The notes under the pieces are model-generated. The model was not told the DNA's origin. It saw only the letters and a list, made by a program, of their open reading frames with translations, and searched no databases. Positions 36,100-43,152 of a stretch of 43,152 nt of DNA are shown one piece after another (the first letter of the stretch is position 1; the number at the start of each line of letters is the position of its first letter). Source of the stretch: Candidatus Poribacteria bacterium (lineage in GTDB: Bacteria > Poribacteria > WGA-4E > PCPOR2b); assembly GCA_022567695.1 (NCBI GenBank), contig JADFGN010000002.1:1-43152 (forward strand). Direction: 5' to 3'. Both the position numbers and the translations under genes were made by a program.

Positions 36100-39000
36100 A
36101 TGGATCACATTTTAGAATCCCCTCAACTCGAACAGATTTTACGATTTGCCCCACCAAAAGGGACAACATTGACGTCTTATGCGAATCATATTCGACTGCT
36201 TCATCACCGATTTCTCCAATTGTCTCTTGGAGAATCTTTTGAGCCGAATAAAACGTATATTGAAGAGATGCGTGATCTTGCCGAAGAAGCACACTTTCTG
36301 GCAACGCAATACACAAACCCGTTGATTGTGGATGAAGAGCTGGTGAGCCAGTTACCGGGAGTTTCGCGCGGTGAGGTGCCACCTTTGCAGGTATCGCAGG
36401 ACGCTTTGGCTTTGGCAGGAATGTTGTTTGAGTTTTTGGGAGATTTAGTGGAACGGTGGAGTCAAGACTATCCAAACAATTCTTTGCTAAAACGCTTGGA
36501 GACCAATGAAGCGTATCACCTCATGGCGGGTCTGTGCTATCGCTTAGGCATTTATGAACCGCTTACGGCTGTATTGATGAGACGATTGGCAGCGAAAAGT
36601 CGGACAAAGATTCGTAAAGGGACGTTTTCAGTCAATAACATCGGTACATGGGCAACCTACCTCACCTGTGAGTTGTTAAGTGGCGATTGGGTAAAAAGAG
36701 GCGAGCGGGAGGACTTTGAAGGCTGGTCTGAGGCAAAGCTTTCTGAGATTAAAGCCCTCAGAGCGCATTTACGACGTACGATGCGTCGCGGAAGGTTCTT
36801 TTCACCTCGTGAAGCCCTGCAATCAGATCTATCGATCAATCAGATCGAGGCGATGCTCACGCAAATGAAAGCACTGTATTATGGGGAAGCAGAATTGGTG
36901 AATGCTGCCTGCCAATTTCTCACAGAAGCAGTCGAATCCGTCCGCAAACTCGGAGATTATCAGACTGCGTGGCAGTTACGGTCTTTGGAGGATATCTTTC
37001 GTCGGCAGTGGAAAGATAGCCCATGGCATTGGCTCAGAGGAATCCTTCCTGATTCAGGGCAAAAAACGCAAGATTATCTTTCTTCCTTAATTGCTGACGG
37101 CTTTGTATCGTTCTGGACTTCTCAAGTGGTTGCATTGAAAATGCGAGCGAATTTGCCCGATTTGAAAGGCGGATATCTTGATGATCGAATCAAACGGGTC
37201 GTAGTTTCGTTGCCGACAAGCGCGGGTAAAACGCTCCTGGCAGAGCTTGCAATCGTCAAAACCCTACTCAACGAACCGTCGGGACAAATCATCTACGTGA
37301 CCCCTTCAAGAGCACTTTGTGAGCAAATTTCGCGTAAACTTGCCGAACGCCTTGAGCCGATAGGGATGCGCGTCTCTACGCTCGTTGGAGACACCGAGGG
37401 AATCGGTTATGAAGAAACCTTACTCGGTATCGATGACGAAGACGGGCTACCAGAACGCGGTATGTTTAAGCCGATTAATGTCCTCATCATTACCCCCGAA
37501 AAACTCTCTTCCCTTTTTCGGCGGGGAGTTCCGTTTATCGATGGAGTAAGCCTTATTGTGTTCGATGAGATCCACACAGTTGGCAGAACGGAATCAGACC
37601 GAAAAGAAAAAAAATTGGGCAGAGGCTGGACTTATGAAGAGGTTATAACATGCCTGCTCAGGGACGAATCGACCCGTGACGCAAAGATGTTGTTTATGTC
37701 GGCAATGATGCCGAACCGTTTCGCGATTAGTACGTGGGTTGATCCGAAGGAGGTTCATGACCCGATATACATTGAATGGCGACCCACGAGGCTTTTGAAA
37801 GGATATATCAAGTGTAATAAGTTTAATCCGCCTAAGTCGTGGCCAAAACCGTCGGAATTACCTTGTTCTGCGGATTTTGGAGTGGATCTGTTTTATGTTG
37901 CTGGTCGTGATGAACTCAAATCGCCTCATAAACTCTCAAACATTATATCTTCTCGAAGATGGCTAAAGTCAAAACCGCAATATAAAATGGATTGGGGCAA
38001 AAGCGACGGAAATATCGAGCATACGGTCAAAGCCGCCTTAAAGTTCGCCCGACTCGGTTCGGTACTGATTTATGTATCAAGGAAGGTAGACGTTGAAAAA
38101 GTTGCGAGCCAATTGTTTCAGAGCGCAGATTTGCAACAGCATATTCAATCGAAAATCGCCCAAAATCAGAAGAAATATAATGAAATGTTGGATTTTTTAA
38201 AAAACCGTCTGCCCACCAATCATCTTCTGTTAAAAACGATTCCGGCAGGAATCGGATTTCATCATGGTGATTTATGGCTTGATGTGCGTACTGAACTTGA
38301 AGAGGCATTCGAGCGGGAGTGGTTGAGGATTATGGTGGCGACATCAACGCTGATTCAGGGCGTTAACTTCCCCATTCGGACACTCTTGATTGGGGACTAT
38401 CAAATTGGGAGAGGCACTCTCACCAAAGCCGATGTGAGTAATCTTGCAGGGCGTGCCGGACGCGCACGGTTTGAAACAGAGGGACAGGTCATCATGATTC
38501 AGAATAGCAACCGCGATGAAGGAAAAATTAAGGATTATCTCCCGCTTGAGCCTGAAGACATTCAGAGCAGTCTAGTTGATGAGGAAGTGCTAACGGTACT
38601 CGAAGGCATGGTGGAGGCAATCGACGAAGGTCATCTGACCGAAGAGCAGTTACTGTCAGGTGAGTGGGGAGAATATGAAAAGCACAGGGAGTTTGCCGAA
38701 AGATTGCAAACCTTTGCGTTGCTCTGCTCGTCTCATCACTGGACATCGGAGGAAGAGGAGGATTTTATCGAACTGATCGGAACGTACAGCTTCGCCGGCA
38801 GCATAAGTGAGCGGGCGCAAGAGACTGTCGGACGTTTCGTACATCGCAATTACCAGGCATTGCGTTCACTCCCTCAACCGCGGATCGACTTGTATGCTCA
38901 AACAGGGCTCAGTGTCCGTTCCTGCCAGAAATTGATGGATGCCGTTCATGATTTTTGGAGCAAATACCGGCCGCAAACAGATCAATCGCTAACCCGTCAA

Positions 39001-39900
39001 ATGATTGTTGACATCGCGCGGGTCATCTATGGAATCCCGGAAACGCAACCAAAGTTGAGCAACAGTCAATTAGAACAACCGGAAGAGGTCCTCGCCGATT
39101 GGATATGGGAACATGACCTTGATGGAATCCAGCAACGGTATTTTTCAAAGATTCGCAGGAACCGCATCCAGAAATTTATGCAACATATTCAGGATGCTAT
39201 ATCCTACAAAGCACCCTGGGGATTGAGCGCATTCTGGTTATTTTTGCGTGCTATTGCTGAAGCGGAGGATATCCTTCTCGTTTCTACCGAAATAGGAAAA
39301 GATCTAGCGTTGCTTCCAGCTTATGCAAAATTTGGCGTCAAAACCCCCGCGGCTGTGGTTTTATCCGCATTAGGCATAACACCGCCATCATTGACACGCA
39401 GGTTAGGTGATTTTTGGGAAAGGGAATTTCCCAAATTTCGCAGGGATTTTGGTGAAATTATGCGCTGGTTTGAAGAGACAGATTTTCAAACGTTATCGCG
39501 AGAAGCACAGCTTGCTGATTGGCAAATTCAACGTCTGATGCGCTCTGTTGAACGGGGTTCAGGCGGAACTCAACTTTACCGACGGGACTGGACTGTCGAA
39601 TGTTATGTACACGGCTGGCAGTATTACGATGGCCCACGAGTTCTCAAAACACTAAAAATTGGGCAAGAATTGACGCTTGAAATAGAACCTGATAGCCTAT
39701 CTGATGAGAAAGCGGTTTTGGTGCAGACACCCAACGGGCAAAAACTTGGATATATCCCCTGGAAATACAAACGTAAGTTCACCCAAAGATTGGTTAGGGG
39801 AGATCTCTTCCAAGTCCAAGTGCGTATAAGACAAATTAACCCATTCCTACCCCCTTCTCGGTGTCTCAGAATCGAAGTCTGGTTCAAGAGAAAGGTCTGA
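36100..39900 (+). CDS. Ski2-like SF2 DExH helicase (HamB-like) with C-terminal HIRAN domain
   Basis: PTSAGKT, PSRAL, TPEK, DEIH, MSA, FHHGDL, TSTLIQGVNFP and NLAGRAGR helicase motifs; long helical N-terminus; C-terminal VHGWQYY...LEIEPD...AVLV...KLGYIP HIRAN pattern. Confidence 0.9.
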   Translation: MDHILESPQLEQILRFAPPKGTTLTSYANHIRLLHHRFLQLSLGESFEPNKTYIEEMRDLAEEAHFLATQYTNPLIVDEELVSQLPGVSRGEVPPLQVSQDALALAGMLFEFLGDLVERWSQDYPNNSLLKRLETNEAYHLMAGLCYRLGIYEPLTAVLMRRLAAKSRTKIRKGTFSVNNIGTWATYLTCELLSGDWVKRGEREDFEGWSEAKLSEIKALRAHLRRTMRRGRFFSPREALQSDLSINQIEAMLTQMKALYYGEAELVNAACQFLTEAVESVRKLGDYQTAWQLRSLEDIFRRQWKDSPWHWLRGILPDSGQKTQDYLSSLIADGFVSFWTSQVVALKMRANLPDLKGGYLDDRIKRVVVSLPTSAGKTLLAELAIVKTLLNEPSGQIIYVTPSRALCEQISRKLAERLEPIGMRVSTLVGDTEGIGYEETLLGIDDEDGLPERGMFKPINVLIITPEKLSSLFRRGVPFIDGVSLIVFDEIHTVGRTESDRKEKKLGRGWTYEEVITCLLRDESTRDAKMLFMSAMMPNRFAISTWVDPKEVHDPIYIEWRPTRLLKGYIKCNKFNPPKSWPKPSELPCSADFGVDLFYVAGRDELKSPHKLSNIISSRRWLKSKPQYKMDWGKSDGNIEHTVKAALKFARLGSVLIYVSRKVDVEKVASQLFQSADLQQHIQSKIAQNQKKYNEMLDFLKNRLPTNHLLLKTIPAGIGFHHGDLWLDVRTELEEAFEREWLRIMVATSTLIQGVNFPIRTLLIGDYQIGRGTLTKADVSNLAGRAGRARFETEGQVIMIQNSNRDEGKIKDYLPLEPEDIQSSLVDEEVLTVLEGMVEAIDEGHLTEEQLLSGEWGEYEKHREFAERLQTFALLCSSHHWTSEEEEDFIELIGTYSFAGSISERAQETVGRFVHRNYQALRSLPQPRIDLYAQTGLSVRSCQKLMDAVHDFWSKYRPQTDQSLTRQMIVDIARVIYGIPETQPKLSNSQLEQPEEVLADWIWEHDLDGIQQRYFSKIRRNRIQKFMQHIQDAISYKAPWGLSAFWLFLRAIAEAEDILLVSTEIGKDLALLPAYAKFGVKTPAAVVLSALGITPPSLTRRLGDFWEREFPKFRRDFGEIMRWFEETDFQTLSREAQLADWQIQRLMRSVERGSGGTQLYRRDWTVECYVHGWQYYDGPRVLKTLKIGQELTLEIEPDSLSDEKAVLVQTPNGQKLGYIPWKYKRKFTQRLVRGDLFQVQVRIRQINPFLPPSRCLRIEVWFKRKV

Positions 39901-39961
39901 TCAAAATGAAATCTTTTAATTGGTCTACGCTATAAAGCGAGAAATGGAGCTTGAATCGAAA

Positions 39962-41020
39962 ATGAAAATTTTAGTGACCGGTGGAACAGGCAGAATCGGG
40001 GCGAACCTCGTGAAATGCCTGCTAGAGAAAGGACACGACATCCGTAGTTTTGTTTATCCCGGCGATGCGAGTCGTGCGAACAAACTCGACAGCTACGAGC
40101 GCATCGAAACCATCGTCGGAGATCTGCGAAACTTGGATGATGTGAAACGGGCGGTCGAAGGTGTAGACGCAATCTACCACCTTGCCGCTGCGTTTGGGGG
40201 CCCATTCGATAACTTGCAATATCTGAATATCAACGGGATGGGAACGCTCAATATTTTAGAGTGCGCGCGCTCGGAACTCCCCAACCTTCACCGTTTGGTT
40301 TATGCAAGTACGGAAGCAATCTATTGGCGCCTGACCGAAAAAGGTCGATTCTTCGAGGAACCGATTACGGAGGAGATGGTCAGCCGATATCACCACATGC
40401 CGTATTTCCTGACCAAATGGATCGGCGAGGAGTTGTGCATGACCTATCATCATCAATACGGCGTGCCGACGACAGTTTTCCGATTTGCAACAGTCGTCGA
40501 GCCTGGCGAATTTCTCAATGCGGATGGTTTGCCGGGACGCTTCCTTTTCAGTCCCGTTTATAATCGACACAAAGACCAAACCAGCGATGACCCCGAAGAA
40601 CAGAAGATGATTGAGACCATCAAATCTCTCTGGACGGGAGATGAGAAATTCCTGCTGAGTCGAAATCCGGATGGTCGCGCGCACAAGGAAAATTTCTGCG
40701 ATGTCCGAGACATCGTACAGGGGTTGGTGTTGGGCATTGAGAAAGACGCGGCTGTCGGCGAGGAATTCACGCTCGGTGGCGCGGCAATATTCGATCGGGA
40801 GAAAATCATCCCTTACCTGTCCGAGCGGTATAAACTGGATTATGTCGATGCCAAACTTCCACAACCAAACTATTTTGATTTCGATCTCAGCAAAATCAAG
40901 ACATTGCTCGGATATCAGCCACAGCACGATCTCGAAAGCATTCTCGACACCGCAGAAGCGATGAGGCGGGGTGAGGATGTAGGAATTATCCCAACGGGGA
41001 TTCGATGGGGCACGGCGTAA
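39962..41020 (+). CDS. NAD-dependent epimerase/dehydratase (extended SDR)
   Basis: VTGGTGRIG, YHLAA and YFLTK (YxxxK) motifs; GGAG RBS. Confidence 0.9.
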   Translation: MKILVTGGTGRIGANLVKCLLEKGHDIRSFVYPGDASRANKLDSYERIETIVGDLRNLDDVKRAVEGVDAIYHLAAAFGGPFDNLQYLNINGMGTLNILECARSELPNLHRLVYASTEAIYWRLTEKGRFFEEPITEEMVSRYHHMPYFLTKWIGEELCMTYHHQYGVPTTVFRFATVVEPGEFLNADGLPGRFLFSPVYNRHKDQTSDDPEEQKMIETIKSLWTGDEKFLLSRNPDGRAHKENFCDVRDIVQGLVLGIEKDAAVGEEFTLGGAAIFDREKIIPYLSERYKLDYVDAKLPQPNYFDFDLSKIKTLLGYQPQHDLESILDTAEAMRRGEDVGIIPTGIRWGTA

Positions 41021-41043
41021 AACGCAAAAGGAGGAATACTAAT

Positions 41044-42204
41044 ATGAGCGACTATCCACAAGACATCAAAATCACCAAAATTGAACAGGTCACACTGAAG
41101 GTAGACAAGCCCGAAATCGGGGTCAATTCACGAATCAAAGAGATGATTTATCCGGAACCGAACTGGAAGTGGGATGAACCGATCATCCGCATCCACACAA
41201 GCGATGGAACAGTCGGATGGGGCGCTGGACGCGCAGATGCTGAAGTCGGCGCGCGTGCGTTAAATCAAAATCCGTTCGATCTACTCGATCCGACGACAGG
41301 TGTATCGGATGAATTCCGCGGTCTCGAAAACGCACTGTGGGACACGATTGGCGTGATTCTCGGCAAGCCAGTTTATCAACTCATCAGCGATCAGAGTTAT
41401 GCCGAGTGGCTGCCTGCTTACGATAGTACGATTTATTTCAACGACCTCATTTACGATACGAAGGAAGCGGGGTTGAAACGAATTGCTGACGACGCGAAAA
41501 AGAGCGTCGAAAGTGGCTTCCGCGCGTGTAAGATGAAAATTGGACGCGGCTGTTATTTGATGGAACATCAGGAAGGTTTGCAGCGAGATATTGATGTCGT
41601 CAAACTCACCCGTCAAATCGTGGGCGAGGACTTTGATATTCTGGTCGATGCAAATAATGGGTACACCTATGATGAAACCGTCGCCTTCCTGAACGAGACA
41701 AGTGATGTCGGCGTTTTCTGGATTGAGGAGATGTTTGAGGAAGAGGTGGGCGCATATCGCAATCTTCAGGGCGTCATCAAAGAACAGGGACTTTCCGCTT
41801 TGATCGCAGACGGCGAAACACGAACCCGTCAACCTATTGAGTTTTTCGAGCCATTTTTTCAGGCGGGCGTTTTGGACGTCATCCAACACGACATACGCGG
41901 ACTCGGTATCACAGGATGGCGACGGCTGGCCGAAATGACGCAGCAATATGACGGCGTTAAATGCGCGCCTCATAATTGGGGGTCGTTGCTGGGCTTCTAT
42001 TTGAGCCTTCAGTTTGGAAAAGCTATCCCGAACTTTCTCTACGGTGAAGTCGCGACTCTGACTAGCGATGTGGTTGATACGTCCGGGTATATCTTCAAGG
42101 ACGGGGCTTTCAGTGTGCCGGATACACCCGGACTCGGTTTGACGCTAAATCAGAGGGTTTATGCGGAGCAATATGCAGGACAGGAAGATTGGCAGATTGA
42201 ATAA
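41044..42204 (+). CDS. Mandelate racemase/muconate lactonizing enzyme (enolase superfamily) protein
   Basis: KMK, VDAN, WIEE, ADGE, PHNWG and PGLG motifs; GGAGG RBS. Confidence 0.9.
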   Translation: MSDYPQDIKITKIEQVTLKVDKPEIGVNSRIKEMIYPEPNWKWDEPIIRIHTSDGTVGWGAGRADAEVGARALNQNPFDLLDPTTGVSDEFRGLENALWDTIGVILGKPVYQLISDQSYAEWLPAYDSTIYFNDLIYDTKEAGLKRIADDAKKSVESGFRACKMKIGRGCYLMEHQEGLQRDIDVVKLTRQIVGEDFDILVDANNGYTYDETVAFLNETSDVGVFWIEEMFEEEVGAYRNLQGVIKEQGLSALIADGETRTRQPIEFFEPFFQAGVLDVIQHDIRGLGITGWRRLAEMTQQYDGVKCAPHNWGSLLGFYLSLQFGKAIPNFLYGEVATLTSDVVDTSGYIFKDGAFSVPDTPGLGLTLNQRVYAEQYAGQEDWQIE

Positions 42205-42259
42205 ATGCCTGCTGAATTTTGGGCAGAAGTCAAAACCGAAAATAATTAAGGAGGGACCA

Positions 42260-42739
42260 ATGGTTAGATTCGTCGTAATTTCTATCTTAGTCTGTTTATG
42301 TTTCAGCAGCACTGGATTCGCTCAAATCAGCGGCTTAGGCGTGGGGGTTATGTTGAGTAAACCGACCGGATTGAGTCTCAAGAAATGGAGCGGAAGCACG
42401 ACGGCGATAGGCGGTGGAGTCGCTTGGGGATTTGGGGATAGGGATACCTTTCGTGTGCACGTCGATTATCTATTTCATAATTTCGGTCTTTTTCAAGTGC
42501 AAAAAGGAAGCTTACCATTTTATTATGGAATTGGAGGACAAATTGAGTTCGAAGATGTCGGCATCGAAAGCAAAAACGACAATAACGAGGTTGGAGTGCG
42601 CGTTCCCATCGGTATAAACTATATCTTTGAGAATTTACCTGTGGATGCATTTTTTGAAATCGTGCCGAGATTTAATCTCGCGCCCACCACAGAATTTAAG
42701 GTAAGCGGAGGCATTGGGATTCGATATTTCTTTGACTAA
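42260..42739 (+). CDS. Small outer-membrane beta-barrel protein (DUF3996-like)
   Basis: Signal peptide; PTGLSLK, YYGIGG, GVRVPIG and FFEIVP motifs; C-terminal GIRYFF beta-signal; AAGGAGG RBS. Confidence 0.8.
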   Translation: MVRFVVISILVCLCFSSTGFAQISGLGVGVMLSKPTGLSLKKWSGSTTAIGGGVAWGFGDRDTFRVHVDYLFHNFGLFQVQKGSLPFYYGIGGQIEFEDVGIESKNDNNEVGVRVPIGINYIFENLPVDAFFEIVPRFNLAPTTEFKVSGGIGIRYFFD

Positions 42740-42756
42740 AAAATAGGGGTAATCCT

Positions 42757-42979
42757 CTTGACAATGTTAGATTACCGGTTGAACGCCGATGACAACTGGA
42801 CTCTGGATTTGCGCGGTTTTTGCCAATTTGGCTAAAGATTTTTCAAAACAGTGTTATCGTAGCGTGAGTCAATTGAGACCGATGAGTTGCCAACTGGTGA
42901 ATGAATGGCTATCGGAATTAAATACCCAAAATGTAAGCAAACCTAGATGTCATGGGGATCCTAACTTAACATTGTCAAG
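42757..42979. mobile_element. Possible MITE / IS remnant
   Basis: 13-bp perfect inverted repeat CTTGACAATGTTA (42757-42769) / TAACATTGTCAAG (42967-42979) bounding 223 bp; no target-site duplication recognised. Confidence 0.4.
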
Positions 42980-43152
42980 TTAAATAGTTATTTCTCCAAT
43001 AAGCATATTTGTGTTCTTCACAGTCATATTCAGCACTGTTTTTAGCCTCTTGGTTCTTGCCGCGACTCCGGTCCAAACCGCAAGCAAGAGATCCCTGACA
43101 CAATCAAGACGATAATCAAAGATTGAGAGAGCAAAGGCCGACACAATTTTTC

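Noticed and set aside
40256-41973. Long antisense ORFs 40256-40927 and 41281-41973, and similar shadow ORFs throughout the window
   Set aside because: They lie opposite or inside well-supported genes and show no protein motifs or RBS.
42984-43152. Partial CDS at the right edge
   Set aside because: Short open frames exist on both strands, but none has a supportable start or recognisable motif.

Overview
A gene-dense bacterial window of roughly 50% GC. The gene content (DUF6785 membrane protein, DUF3352, many STAS/PP2C proteins, enolase-superfamily catabolic genes) suggests a Poribacteria/PVC-like diderm, but that is inference. From left to right: an AlkP-family phosphodiesterase; an Hpt-REC-REC-GGDEF diguanylate cyclase; an ECF sigma factor followed by a scar of gene fragments; a minus-strand block (glycosylasparaginase, ThiO, DUF6785, NAGPA-like, HExxH protein, Maf); a repeat-packed divergent promoter region; a discoidin/NTF2 lipoprotein; DUF3352; a ~9 kb partner-switching/two-component cluster with no sigma factor in it; an acyl-CoA ligase; a zinc-ribbon/class III cyclase/STAND ATPase/TPR protein; and two tandem serine hydrolases (the second a deletion pseudogene) split by an HNH nuclease gene pair. 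Catabolic genes (creatininase, epimerase, enolase-family) then flank the best candidate for a new system, a three-gene cassette at 34866-39900. It encodes an acidic coiled-coil protein ending in an SSB-like tail (DDNSIPF), a PD-(D/E)xK nuclease and a Ski2-like helicase with a C-terminal HIRAN domain, i.e. a Hachiman-like defence variant, and it is flanked by an 8-bp direct repeat. No rRNA, tRNA or CRISPR array was seen. All family calls come from reading motifs by eye; no database search was run.
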